Origin: Bugula neritina
Lineage: Eukaryota; Animalia; Bryozoa
Direction: 5' to 3'
Assembly (NCBI GenBank): GCA_964035545.1
Contig: OZ037766.1
Location: 22,928,767 to 22,992,766 of the forward strand
DNA length: 64,000 nt
Positions 1 through 15,300 of the stretch are shown in pieces; the stretch's first letter is position 1; each line of letters starts with the position of its first letter. The notes under the pieces are model-generated. The model was not told the DNA's origin, did no database searches, and saw only the letters and a list, made by a program, of their open reading frames with translations. The position numbers and the translations under genes are program-made.

Positions 1-146
1 TAAAATATTGCCCACAAATGTAGTGTGGCATTTGGCAGCGTAGCCTATTAAAAACTAGCTGGCATAGTACATTGCAAATTCTGGAAGAGCATAAAAAATT
101 ATACATATGACGTTTAACTGTAATAAGCAGAAGTATAATAATTATT

Positions 147-260
147 AGAACAAACATGGGCAAGTTGATAGAGCAAACATGGGCAAGTTGATAGAGCAAA
201 CATGGGCAAGTTGATAGAGTAAATGTAGACATGTTGATGGAGTAGATGTGACCATGTTGA
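147..260. repeat. 23-bp tandem repeat (agagcaaacatgggcaagttgat), ~3 copies plus a degenerate tail
   Basis: Direct inspection. Confidence 0.85.
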
Positions 261-365
261 TGGAGCAGGTGTAGGCAAGTTAATAGAGCATTTAGGGTTG
301 GTTGTAGAAGATGGGCAGCACAAAGAAATGAGAGATATTTAAGTTATAGAGATATGTTAACTTAC

Positions 366-3300
366 CTATGATTGGTTGGCTCTTCTGGTAATGTAGCCAA
401 TGAGCTGCCTTGATAGAGTGACACAGATCTGGCAATTCTTTCTTTCAACATACTTGCAGAGCTGCTGTTGAGACTAAAATATTATATACCACATCATTAT
501 TGTTATGATTATTGAATAATTATAAAAGACATGTTCACAACTGCTCACAGAAACCGAGTTCTTTTCACATGCTTTTTCTAGCTATAAGAAAAGATTCATG
601 CTGTAAAATACCAAAGCTGTTTAACACTAGATTAAATTATCTAGATTCCAGACTCTAATAGAGCATTAAAATACTTATTTAGTAGGATTGATGATGCGTG
701 TTTGAAGAAATTCAGATGTACATTCAGAATAAGAAATTGAAAACTTTTGGCTAGCCAGACAAATAAAACCCAACTTCTATGTATGTATTTATCTGAATCT
801 CACAAGAACAAGAGTAGGAACAAGGTACAAAACAATATAAAGACAATTGATTATGCTTAGTGTGGAACTAACTTGATGCATCTTCTTAGCAAGTGGCAAA
901 TATACAGGTTATACTTTTATTAATACTAGAAATATCTTGAATATCAGTTTTATAAAATATTTTACGTTAAGTACTCGTTACAAGACAACAGAAAACACTT
1001 ACAGATCATGTTCATCTTCATCTACTTCCTGTGTGTTATCATGTAAAGTATTGATCAGTTCTTCAAGCTGCTTATCAGACTTTCCAGGAAGTAACAGTTT
1101 CAAACTCTCTTTCAACTCTGACCTTTTGAGCTTTCCCTGTTGAACCTAAATATGAATTATTAGCTCACCCTCATAAAGATACATATGCTTTCAAAAAAAG
1201 TGTAAAATTAAAAAAAACAAGTTGAATGTTTCAGCTAATTAATTACAATTACATTTTTATACATCAATTACAAATTACATTCAACTGCCTACTTGAAAAC
1301 ATGTAATTAATTACAACAAATTACAATTACAAATTACAATTACCCCAACCCTGATACGCACTAAATCATGGGGACGGGCGTGGCTTTCGCCGGCGTCGGC
1401 TCTCGCGGGCCGGCGTCGGCTTCGTTTGGCCTAAACGCACAGCATGGGTAAGGTAGTATCTTGGATAATTTTACAGATCTATTTTTAGGACAAAACGTTC
1501 AAACATCACAAACTGAAGTATGCAACTAATTAATATATAACTAACCAGACTGGCTACAAATCTCAACTCAAGTTCTTGAGTGAGTTTGGTCTTCTTAATA
1601 TTATGTTCCCTTCTTAGTTCTTCTAATGACTGACTAATCTCTTTCTCCATACGAATTCTGGAGGTAAACCAGATGTCATGTAACAGCAAATGATATTTAC
1701 TGGTTAAAGCAAAATTTGAAAGAGCAATTCTATTTATATTTACAAAAATATTTCACAAAGTGATAGTCTTCATTTTACACATGAATCATTAATAAAAAAA
1801 ACCTTAAGCCACGAAAAAAAAGTTTAGACAAATCAGAAACTAACACATAAAACCCCAAGAGATTAATATGCAAACAGTTCAATAATATGTGATCGATTGA
1901 TAAAAATAATAAAGACACGTAAATTACTAAAAAAATACTAACTTAAATTCTTCAATAGCGACGGATCTTTTGTGCATAATGGCAGCTTTTCGCAACTTGG
2001 CAGCTATTTTATTAGATGATTTGTCAAGGACTTCCTTTAGTCTGTCCTCATAGCTGTCTAGTAGAGTTTTTTCCCGTGATTGCAAGCGATCCGCAAGTTT
2101 CTTCTTCAACATCTGAAAGTGAAATCAAGACTAGTTAAACCAGCACTAACTACTACTAATATCAAAATGAGCAAGTTGTACAAAAGTAAGTACATGTGTG
2201 GTGCAAACCTTTTCTTGTTTGTCTTTCTCATTGTCTAATTTTCTGGTCAGTTTCTCCTGCTGCGCACGATGTTGATCAAGACACTGCTCAGCTTCTATAT
2301 CTGACATCACACCTCTCTCATTCAGATCATCTATTAGATTGGCTTTGAGATCATTGATTGCCCTCTGCTTTTCATCTATCTCGCTCAACTACAGTTTGCA
2401 AAAACTAGCATAAGGCAGATATACAGCAAGTATTTTAAGTACACAAATGTATGAGCATGTGTTATAAAGTTAAAATACTGTAGATGATTATCCATCCAAC
2501 AAAAGTGGCACCAAAGTAATCCATACTGCACAGATTTACTGTCCCCAACTCCTAGATCTCCTCACCTCTTTTGCTTTGTTGAGTTGCAGCTGGGCAACCA
2601 TCCCACCCAACCTATCCTCTTGCTCTCTCAGGGCAACTGCTCTCTGCTGCAGAATTTCCAACTTCACTTTTTCTAACTCCTCATCAAAGTTTGTCTGCAA
2701 CAAAATTTTACAGCTTAGAAAATGAAATATTAATGAAAAGTTTGGTAACATTCAATGCCTTGTATCCACTGCATGGAACAAGACAATTCAGGCATTTCGA
2801 AATTCTGTGGCTGCACAACATAAATAGTGACATTTAATGACAGTCATTCCAGCCAACTGCTAGTATCTAAAATTAGGAAATAATATAAAAAACAGAAAAT
2901 TATAACAGTTAACTTTCAAATGACCAGTAACTTAATGGCAGTTAATAGTTATATTTGATTTGTGAGATATTATAGAAATCATGCTTCAAACTTAAATGCC
3001 AAACCCCAAATTAAAAGTCCAAAACCAAGCACAAACTTATGTCTCCACACTTAAATGTGCTGCTAGTATAGCGCTGTAGCAACATCTGCTTATTTAAATA
3101 CAAAACACACATATAGACATACTTTTCTACTATTATTGCTAGAATTTATGTAACTTATACATTGAATTTGCTAAGATTGTATCTCTTGCTTGGTATGCAA
3201 ATCTACAAGTGTGCTCGAGTAAACAGGATATCGAAGAGCTAGTCAGATTGGCAATGTTATTCTTGCTTATAGAAACATTTTGCCAGCAACTAATGGATTA

Positions 3301-6300
3301 TCTTAGGTCATGTGACCTGTGACTCAACATGAAAAGTAAGTTGCTGAGTGTTTTATATTTTAGTGAATATAAACTATATTACTGTAAGTCTCAAAACTGT
3401 AAAGTGTAAGTCTAATCTAACATTTACATCTTTAGTATTAGTTGCAATCATACACACCATAACAATATCATGTAAAAGTTTCCTCGCAATGTTGTAACTA
3501 TTGTAATATTTGTAATGTTATACAAGATAATTTTAAGATTCTCTTACTGAGGATATCTTATTCATGATGTGTAGCCACTTTAATGCCTGCTTAAACAATT
3601 ATAAGAAATAATCTAAATTGAATCTCTCCATCAAAGATATGATGAATAATTTCCAAACTTTGAATTTGCAGTAGGCAAGAACTTTGAAAAATGAGTGACG
3701 GTGATAGCACCACCCTTACCTCGGCATCCTCTTCAGTGAGCATGGCTACTCTCTCTTCAGCTTGTGATTTGAGCAGCTTTAAAGCAGCAACTTGCTGATC
3801 TTCTTCGTCATCTTCTAAATGTCTTTTCTCATTTTTCTGATGCAAAAAGTATGAACATAATAATACTTATAGCTATATACAATTAGCACATACAGTATTC
3901 TTACAGCTATATACAATTAGCACATACAGTATACTTACAGCTATATACAATTAGCACATACAGTATACTTACAGCTATATACAATTAGCACATACAGTAT
4001 ACTTATAGCTACATACAATTAGCACATACAGTATACTTACAGCTATACACAATTAGCACATACATTATACTTACAGCTATATACAATTAGCACATACAGT
4101 ATACTTACAGCTATACACAATTAGCACATGCATTATACTTACAGCTATATACAATTAGCACATACAGTATTCTTACAGCTACATACAATTAGCACATACA
4201 GTATTCTTACAGCTACATACAATTAGCACATACATTATACTTACAGCTACATACAATTAGCACATACATTATACTTACAGCTATATACAATTAGCACACA
4301 CAGTATACTTATAGCTATACACAATTAGCACATACAGTATACTTACAGCTATATACAATTAGCACATACATTATACTTACAGCTACATACAATTAGCACA
4401 TACATTACACTTATAGCTATATACAATTAGCACATACATTATACTTACAGCTATATACAATTAGCACATACAGTATACTTACAGCTACATACAATTAGCA
4501 CATACAGTATACTTACAGCTATATACAATTAGCACATACATTATACTTACAGCTATACACAATTAGCACATACAGTATACTTACAGCTATATACAATTAG
4601 CACATACATTATACTTACAGCTATATACAGTTAGCACATACAGTATACTTACAGCTATATACAAGAAGTGACAGGATTGCAGAGTAATATATTCAAACTG
4701 ATACTCTAATATGAAATGGGACTAACAGAAATGCAAAACTAATTTGAGAAGATTTAAACCAACAGTTTAAACAGGGATTCTCGTAATTCAAGCCAATAAA
4801 TCTATTGAATGAGATGCAGAATTATAATTGCCGTCAGCAAATTACTATTAGCTACTTTATGATATTATTACATAATCATAGAGCAACCTAGATAAAACTA
4901 AACCGACGCCCATTGTACAGCTAATGAGTAACTTATTCAACTGTTATCCAATAGCAAGGCTTGTAACCACTCAAACTCTTATGTTTTAGCAATTATTCAC
5001 AATACAACTGCAATCATAAAATCATTTAACAAAACATTTTACATCTACCACACTCAAACTATTATATTCCAGTAACCTTAGCTGCTGCCAGCTGTTGCTG
5101 CTCAAGTTGTTCCATCCTCTTAGCTCTCTTTTCTGCCAGCTTTTCTTCCAATATTTGCCTCTGTTTGAGTTTGTTCAAGGTCAGGCTGTTTTCTAGTTTA
5201 ATCATATTTTTTTCATGTTCTCTCATTATCTTCTCTCTTTCGTCAACAGACATCGTGAACTGTACAAAGTGAAATGAACGGACCTTATCAACTGCATAAA
5301 ATTGACAAAGTTGAACTCAAATAATAAGGGAACTGAAGTAGAGGACCATTGTTACTGATATGATGTCAGGTAGTATTTTATTGCTATTAATAGGAATCTC
5401 TGACGAACTTCATTTATGCAGTATTAAATATTTATATAGATATTCGCTATCATACACAGACTGTTTGAAAGTTATTTGCTCAAACAGTCTTGTTCCATAA
5501 GACATTATGTGTTCAAACTAATACTGTTTCCAGTTGGCTCTGAAGTTGTGGTATTATAAGACTAAGAGTAATTATCACTGACTTTCGTTGCATGCTATTC
5601 TTAGCTGCCGCAACACGGAGCTTAATAACAGAGCTGGTTTGAAAGTGCGAAGTTCAAACTTTCAAACAGCCTGTAGATAATAGCTAGGAGATATAAATAT
5701 CTTAATACTGCATACGTGAAGTTCGTCAGGAAGTTTCCAAACTCCTTGATTAACAGGAATAGCATTTTACTCACTTGACTATCTACAATCTCATTAACCA
5801 CTGAAGCCTCTTGCTCTCTCAGCTGGGCCTTTTCCTCTTGCTCCTGAGCCATTCTCTTTTCCCAGTCACGTCTGCGCTTCTTCAGACGCATCTACAAAAT
5901 TAGTCATAACTTAATAATAAGGAACTAATTGATATCTTTAGTAAATGAGAGGCAAAACCATTCTGTGAAATATTTGGCCCCCATTGAGATTCGAACCGCA
6001 GACCTCTGGGATGTAAGCTAGCTTGATAACCATCAAACCCCTACTACTGGGTAATCTCAAAACTACACATTTCCACATGCTAGAAACCATCGTATTATAA
6101 TAGCAAACAATATCTACTTTTAGGTTCTCGTCTTGTTGTTGATACGTCTGCAAATGCCGTGCCTCTAATGTCTCAATATCAGAGTTATGCTCTTCCAAGA
6201 TGGCCTCCATTTGGTCATCAGTTAAACCTGAAGTTACAAAGTTCATTAGCTAGTAATAAATAAATAGTATTATTAAATCAACAGTAAATGTAAATGAAAT

Positions 6301-9300
6301 GAATGAAAAAAATCACTGCTTGTAGTAAATCTACAACCTGGTAGAACAGTGACAACTGACAGAAAGTGCCTTACGGTAGTACCTTCAAAGTTCAAAAGAG
6401 AGCGACATGCTCAGAAAACACACTGTTTAGCGTTTACATATTTTAAAAATGTTTCATACCAGTTGCAGTATATGTAATAATAAAAATTGATCATTTGACC
6501 TACAATCTAAAGCTGGTGATCAGTTTGACAAATATTCCTTACCATCAGACCGCAATTCCTCCAAAAGTCTTTTTTCTCTTTCCATTAGCCTATTTTTATA
6601 CGTCTGATTCATTTTACTTCGCAAGTCCTTCAACTCATTAGCATTTTGTTGGTCAATCTAAACAAATTCGAAGTTTTTCTTTATAAATTTGACAAATTGC
6701 AGAGCATATTTAACCATAGTAGGTAATTATAAGCAACTAGCGTACCTGTATCTCAGTGGAAGCCAAGTCAATCTCATGCCTAGCTATCAGCTCAAGACGT
6801 TCTTCTGCTACAGATACGGGACTCAAAGACTCCCCAGACCTTTGATGTTCCTGCTCTTGTTTCTGACACTTTTGATTGAATGCATTGAGCTCGTTCTCTT
6901 GATCCTTGACCTACAATTTAACGCAAAGTTCTTCAAAGTGAAGGAAACAATTTTGGTTAGAAAAGAATTTTTGAGACCAAATGTTCTATTTGAAAAATTA
7001 AACTATAATAAAATAGCTAAGCTTAAAATTTATGGAAAAATAACACTGATTAAATTATCTACCAGTAACTACCAGTGTAATTATAATGCCTTTTTCATAA
7101 ATTTGTGCATTCAACTTATAAACATTACTCCTCAAAACCAGCAATAATTAAACACATCAACAAAATTAAAAATGTCTCATAACTTCAAAAATGCATAAAG
7201 TTGATACTTCGGTATGCTCAATAAGCATTTGTCTTTATTTAGAAGAAAGAAGATGCCTACAGATAGGGATGGTGATGTAGAGAGTGGTAAACAGATTAAG
7301 ATGCAAGCAGTACCTTAGCAGCCAGCTGTTTCTTCTTCAGCTCACTGAGTCTACTGTGAAGAGCTCCTTCTTGCTTTGCCATATCCACTTCCATACTTTG
7401 TTTGTACTTCATCAGATCACCCATGATCTCTTCACTCTTTTCCCGAGCTTCTTCTGTCGACAGCATCTTTTTCCTGAGTGAGTCGTTCAATATGATTATT
7501 AAAAATAATGAGGGCCGAGAAAAATTTCAGCATAAAAATAAAGGTACTGCCACATAGAGCAGAACTTCTCGTGTAAAATTGTTAAGGCAAAAATTCGCTG
7601 CCGGAGTTACCTCCCACACAACATGTTGTCAGCGAAAACAAAACTAGAGTAGCCAATCGTGTTTGCCATCTCTACTGTTATGCTATAAATTATTCTTTTA
7701 TGAAATCTCACACGCTATTCTCAATATTGCGCAATAGCTTAGAATAAAAACATAAAATTGAAACTTAACAAGTGGACTCACTAAAAAGTGATAAGCTAAT
7801 TTGATCACTATTGCAGAAACATTTCACAGTATTCGACTATATAAAATCTGCACAAAACAGTCCATTTTTCAGCTTGTGCAAAGTTTTCGCCAGCAACTTG
7901 TGCAAAAATCTGCGCCACATGGTAGCACCTTAAATCATGATACGAACTTTTTAGCCTTTTTTAGAATGTCCATCTGCCCTCCAGCAATCGTGTTCAGAAG
8001 CTCGCTCTGGTTTTTCTCTTCAAGATCCTAAAACATCAAGCAAACCATGCCAACATTAAGCCACAGACTATCTAGTATGTACACGCATATCATACAGACA
8101 AATCCTACCCATACAAAAGCAACACACATCTTGCTCAACTTACACTTAGCTCTGCCAATGCGCGTCTTTTGGCCAATTTTTCCTCCAGAACTAGTTTCTG
8201 TCGACATAACTCGTCATCATGAATCTTTTCAAGGTGAGCCACGTTATTTGCATGTTCCTTCATCAACCAGGCAGCCATTTCATCTGGCATCTCAGTTTTA
8301 CTTTTAAGTTCATTTAATGTTGCTTGTTGCAATTCCTTCATCTGAATTCGCTTTTTCAATGAAAACTCCTGTTGAAATTTGAAGTTTTATCAAAACAATT
8401 CCCATTTAAGAGTGGTAATTTGAAGCTCAATCACAAAAAGTCCTATGTTCACAAATCCATAATAATGCTAAGCATAGATATTGGCAAGTTGCCACACTAA
8501 TCTACAACTCTTTGCTCATAACTTTAAAATAATAACTTATATAAAAACAGAGATACTTAAATACCCAATGGAATTTCCAAGAATTTATTTCCCAGATTCT
8601 GAGTAAGTTTACCTTCCTTATCTTTTCTGCTTCCTCATCCTGCTCTAGTTTGAGTCGGTATGAGAGATCGTCTTGCTCAATCTGACACTGTGCATCAACT
8701 GACCGCGTCAACTCTTTCTTCTCATCGTCGGACATCATGTCTACCTTGCTCAACAGAGCTGCCTTGTCAGCTCGCTGTTTATCCAACAGGTCACCCAAAT
8801 GGTTCTGAAAGCCATAATAAAATTCATTTTGCAACGTACATATAAAACAAAACAACAATGATAGCATAGCTTATCATAAGCATAATACAACAAATAAAAT
8901 GGTGCATTTACGGAGTGTTAGATTTTGCTAGTAGCTACTAATATATTGCGGGATATTTTTAGGAATATGTGCATCTGTGATGAGTTGCTCCCTGTAATAG
9001 ATACACTGTGAGTTAGTTTTAGTTATCAGAGATAGGCTAAATATGCTGACATCTAAAAACTAATGAACCAACTTATTGGCTATAGCTATATCAACTTACT
9101 AAACATATTCCGTTGCAGTTCACAGAAAATACAATTATTGAAACATTTGTTGATTGTTTCCAATTCCACTGGTCACCTATTGAACACTTAGTTGGGATTG
9201 CCTACAATATTGAGCAGAAATAGTTGCCATATAATTATTATCATATATTACCCTGTTGTGAGTTGCTTGTCTTCTGGTGAATTCTGTAATGGCCACATTG

Positions 9301-12300
9301 TATTCAGCAACGAGTCTGACATCGAGTTCTTTCACAGACTTTACGAAGACAGACATCTGCTGGTCGTACTGTTGTCTGCAAAACACAGTCATTCCATTTC
9401 AAATAAGACATCAATGAATAAACATGAAATGATGTAAATGTAAATGGTACTTTAAATACCAAATATAAACAAAGCTGAGAAAAGATAATGTGCAAAAAGC
9501 AGGTGTCTAAACTCTAAAGTAAATTTTCACTGAGCAAAAGATGTGAATACTATGAGTTTTTTTCTCAGACAATTGCTTGTGCCTAATCAATCATAAAGTT
9601 ACTTGAAAAAGGGATATCTCTATTTAAATACACATGTTTGATAAACTAATGTTCACTTGTTTAGCTTTTAATGTATTAAATCGTAATGCAGCCTTATATA
9701 AACTTAACACCGGTTCGTCCAACAGAATTACACTGCCCTGAGTGAGTCACTCCAATTGCCTTTTGCAGCAAACATATCTGGAATTACTCGTCTTAACACA
9801 ATGCAATCTTGAGTAACTTTTTTACCTCAACTATATTCAGTCTTTTGAATCAATAGGTTCAACAACTATTTTCTTAAAATTCAATTACAATAGAACTTCT
9901 TCACAAGGGAAAGCTCTCTCTAGAAATAGAACTATACATGATAGTATATGCATTGTGTAAAAATGCACTAAACCATAGTAACATCTCACTTTGTTATATC
10001 ACCATTCTTCACCATTCCTAATAAGATTTGTTTCAGTAAATCATCCATTGACTTCAACCTCTGAGCTTCCATTCTCTTGTCCACTTCTACAGTTGCTTGG
10101 ATATCCAAACTAACAATGAAATAATTCTTAATACAGATAATATACAGACAAAATAAATTACAAATTAAAAATTGTATTAGTAATGTTAGAACGATAAAGA
10201 TCACATTATTGTCAACAATTTATAGTACATATTCAATGATTGCAACAATAAATAATGCTGGCTAGATTTCCAAGTATATAATATATATCTCTTGCAATAA
10301 ATATCCATGATTGGTCAACTGGGTAAATTTCAAAAGTAATACTGAATTATGAATGGCTACGGAGCAAAATGCTCAGCAATGATTGGTTAGATCACTAGAA
10401 CTCACTTATCCAGTTCTCTGTTGGTAGTAAATCTATCTTTTAGAGCAAGAATAGACACAATACTATCATCCACAGCCACCATTGATAAGTTGAAGCCATG
10501 TTTCAACTTTTGTCCTTCATCTAACAGCAAAGCATTTGTCTTTTTCTGTTTGGCAATCTAAAACAAAACCAGAATTTCTTAGTTCTATTAATATTGACAC
10601 ATTCCCAGAAATATATACATTTTTTAAGCCAATAGCAATAATAGAAGACATTCTAAATCAAATTGAATCAGCAGAGGCTTATACAAAGGAAGCTAAAACC
10701 ATATCGCGTTTTGTGAAGCTGCTATACAAGTTTTTAATGATTGTGTGGCCGAATAGCTTTGTCTCATCACTTACGTAGTCCATTTACGTCACCATTAAGT
10801 TATAAATTCTCTCAGTTATGGCACCATTAAGTTCTTATATCATCAATTATATACTATACCATCAAAATGTAATTCTACCAACTTAGAACAAAATAAATTT
10901 TCCACACAAAAAGTAAGAAGGTACAAAAACAAATTAAAACTCCATTGGAAACTTTTAAGAAGCATGCAAGGATTATTTACATTAATTAATAGTAACATGT
11001 ATATTTGGTTAGTTTGGGTACATTCGGGCACTGGAATACATATATGACTCATCATAACATGGCAACAGGACCTTACCTGCCTAATATCACCTTCCTATAC
11101 ACAACAAATCAAGCTATAACTTATTTACACATAACTGTATTAGTGCTGTCACAAAACACAACCTTTTAATTATGCTATATATAGATTACATTCTGGCTAA
11201 CATGCTATGCCTTTGTTCAAGCAAATCACTTGCTTTTATAGTTACAACTAGAAGTCATGAAAATCCATTTAGATGCAGTAGTTAAGAAATTTCAATAGCC
11301 TAATTTTTAAAAATTAGCTCTATACATTTTGGTTTGGGGCTCGGGGACATAACTTTTTGTAACATTTCTAATTTAGAACACAGGCTTTTCTCAATTTCTT
11401 CTTTACTGCACCTATACCTCAAAAACTTAAGTCTTTGTAATGTTTGCATGCACGATGTTAAATGAAGCAACCAATATATGCATTGATCTATATACTCATA
11501 AACCCCACCTATAGCTGTAAACTATTTTATTATATTGAGTCACAATCTATAGTAGCCTACTAGTTTCATCAAACAACTAACCGATTGGTAGTCAGTAGTA
11601 GAAGGTCCAACGCTAGTGGCAAGATTTCCTCTTCCAGATTTTTTCATGATGATAAGTACGATAAATATGACAAGGGGTATAAGCAGCAGACCGATAATAA
11701 ACCCAGATATAACAACTACAGCTATGATGAGGTTGATAATTCCAGTTTTGCGTTCAGTAGTTTCTTTCTCAATGCTCACTCTCTCTGTACAGCTGGATAC
11801 TTTCTGCTCTACTGTCAGCGATCCCACCTGAAACATTGAGTCAACTGAAGCCTGTCTTCTGCTGTTTTGAGCTAAAGACAGGAAACTAACAATGGTTCTA
11901 TTGTAGCAACTGTTGGCAACATTTGAATATCTCCACCTATAGTTGACTTATTACAGTTGAATAGACTCAGCTCACAGTATACCACACTGTAACTACACCT
12001 ACACATAGTTGCTAGCAGTTACTACCTCTTGAGTCTAGTTAGACACTATAGAGACTAGGGCTAATTATTATATTGGAAACTTTGCTACTAAAAGGTAACA
12101 GCCATGACTCAAGTTTCCTCGAATTTAAGAGTAAATTGAACTTTTATTGAAATGCTAATGACATATACACGCTTGCAAAGTACAAATATAGCCTTAGTTT
12201 AAATCTTCTTCACATAAAGCAAGTCTGTCTACATTGGCATCTAAGATATGCGAGACAAACACCTACTAAATATTGATGAGCTAAACCTAATTTTGTATCT

Positions 12301-15300
12301 ACACAGGACAGTTACATGCAAGAAGTAGACATTTTATTACCACAAGACCTGCCATCTTGCCTCTATCTAGAATATTCCAGCGACTAATTCAACAACCAAT
12401 CACTGAAAACATTGAACAACCATTTCCCTATCACTGCGTTTCCATTACATCCATCATGTGAATCGATACTCACAGGGATGAAATTGTGGTTGCAGTCTGC
12501 ATGAACTTATGGTTATGGTTTCATTGGATCCAACTGTTTCCATACACAGAATGAAAAGTCCATTCGTATAATGCAGAAGCTTGGAAGTACAGTGTATGCA
12601 AGAGCTTTAAAATGTGTTTCAAAATGCTAGCAGCATTTGCAATCTTGTAGTCAAGTTATAGGAAAGCATTTGAATGGAATTAGTTCATATCATAACATAA
12701 ATACGATATTTACTACCGAAGAAGATTTTGTAGTGCGATATCGGAGTATTGCATCATTGTAAGAAGTGCCTTCGGGGAAGTCAGCATCACCGAGTGCGTC
12801 AGCTTCAAATGAAACAACTATAGGACCTGTATTAGCTTTGAATTCATCTACTGCCAGTCTAACTCCACCATTTGTATAAAACCCGATATCCGAGACATTA
12901 GATGGCGAGTACTGAAAGGCTGTAATATACAACCAACACATGCATTTATAACAATATAATTTAACTATATTATAATCATCATACTGATTCTAAAAGTTTT
13001 CACAGCTTTATGGTTTGATTTCCCAAGATAGGTGCAGTAACGAAGAAGTTTGAAAAAAGATTTCTGGAAAAAATGAGTAAGATTACCAAAGATGTTATGT
13101 TTCCACGAGGTTGTCAACCTGCACACCAAAATTTATAAAAATAAAGAACTTGGGCTGGTGAAATTTCTCTGTTACTGCATCTAAATGAGTTTCCTCATGT
13201 ACACATTGATGTAATGAATAGTATTTAAAACAGCGTGGGTTGTCGTTAGCCAGTAGCTAGCTAGTGCTCAAAGGCACTACATACATCATAGCTCACCATT
13301 ATTTCCTATGTTTGGGTTTTAAAGCCTAAAAGTTTATTATAAGCTGCTAGTGCCTGTAGAAGAGCAATTTTATAGAGCATACCTCAGTTGCAGCTCACAA
13401 GAATATCTGTATTAAAATCTTTGTTACTGGTTTTTACTAAAATCTAGCTGTTGGTGCAAAATACATAAAAAAATTATTCTATGCCCCACTTTAAAACATT
13501 GTACCACTAGCAGCTATATTATTTGCTATAAAGTGTAAATCATAAATCAGTAACTATACTACAAAAGCTCATGTGTGTTGTCAAACTAAACTATAAAGAG
13601 TTGTCCTTACATATATTTATCTTATGTAATAAAGTTGTCAGAAAAAACTAATATATGAAAAACATAAACTTACCTGAGTTAATGTTAGCTACACAAATAA
13701 TAACATGTTCATATAGGTATAGGTTTTAGTAGTGGCAACAGCTTTGTAACATTTCTACTACTATGTGCTATTATTTGTAATCAAATTGATATTTCACTGC
13801 CACCAACTAAAGCATTGTCTCTACTTGAACCATAAAGTTGCTGCTAAATATTCATTCAGCATGGTTTTCCGTAATAATTATCATTTAGAAGCTTACACTT
13901 TCTTACAACAAAGCATTATACTTCTTAAATAATATTCGGCTCTAGTATAGCACACTTTCAGCATAGTCTGTATTCCATAATATATTGTTCATACTATAAT
14001 ACATAGACTGCTGTGTTATACATGATGCAAGACCAAGCTACGAAATTTAATAACAAGTATAATCATTTTTGTCTGCTACTGCTTCAAATTAGCCAGTTAC
14101 ATTGTAAAATCAGTATGTTTTGCTTATTTATCAACATCTGGCTATCACCAACTTTGCTTTAAGCTAATGTACTCTGATTAGTTCACTAGATCAGAAACAA
14201 CTTGTCTTCGCTTAAGCAAGCATGCATATTTTTCCACAATACTAAAATATCATAATAAAGCAAGCTTTTTTAATTTTTTTCAAGTTCTTGTAAAAAAAAA
14301 CATGTCTCAGCAAAAGCAACACATCAATATTCACAATGAACTTCAACCTTAACATAATTTCATTAAGTGTGTAATGATACCAAAATATTAGATTTGTAGT
14401 TTTGTAGCAAGTGCCGCAGAACACTTTTATTTTGGATTTTCATAGATGCACTTACTTTACAAAAAAATGTCCTTACCAATAAAAGCTGCCATCTAAATAT
14501 ACCTATCTTCATATATATTTCATTTTCACCAATGTTTCATGAATAACAGAAAACATTTCAGCAATAAGAAGTTGTCATCTCATGCTACAACTTTTGACCT
14601 TTTGTTAAAAAAAACTTGACCTTTGTTAAATTTGTAGGTGTAAACACAAAATGTTTATGTCAACTTCCACCAAAATATAAAAAAGTTCTTACAGCCATCG
14701 ATGTTGAAACCATCTTCTGCTTCTAGAATAACGACATCGTATGCAGATCCTGTGGAGCTAGACAAATGTTCCACCGTCACAGTGACAGCTATAGACCTCC
14801 GAGCTTGTGTACCATACTAAAATACATGTGTTCAGTTTTCATATAAAGACAAATTTTATATATACATGATAAATAAACATACTGCAAGACACTGACTCTA
14901 CAGTACATCTTTAGTAACTTGAATTTTAAGCGTCACATACACTCTATTACATTCATTTTGAAAGTAGTGTATTCATTTTACTATGACAAAATTAATTTGC
15001 ATTCAGGCAATATTTGTAACATAGAAATAGACAAACAGTTTAGAATTTAAAATTTGAAAAAAATTGTAGTTTCTTCTTCTTTATCCACAAAAGTAATGCA
15101 ATCAATACAAAGCATAGAAATATTTGTGCAGAGAAGATAACTCTAGTAACTTGTATATTACGCACTCTGCAAATGTGAAACACTGGAAGTTATAAAAGAT
15201 ATTGCTATGGAAAACTCACAATAAAATATGTAGCCAGATACTATGTGATAGGCATGCTTTGTGATAGATATACCAACTGGTAACTATATTATGTAGTAAC

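Noticed and set aside
3862-4663. CRISPR-like appearance of a 34-bp repeat
   Set aside because: Units are contiguous with no unique spacers, there are no cas genes, and the context is a eukaryotic intron. The same applies to the other minisatellites.
5972-6048. Functional tRNA gene
   Set aside because: Box B is present but the cloverleaf stems do not pair.
6689-7147. + strand ORFs antisense to EVC2 or MROH1 exons (e.g. 6689-7147, 17094-17438, 49776-50189)
   Set aside because: They are shadow ORFs with no recognisable domains or exon chain.
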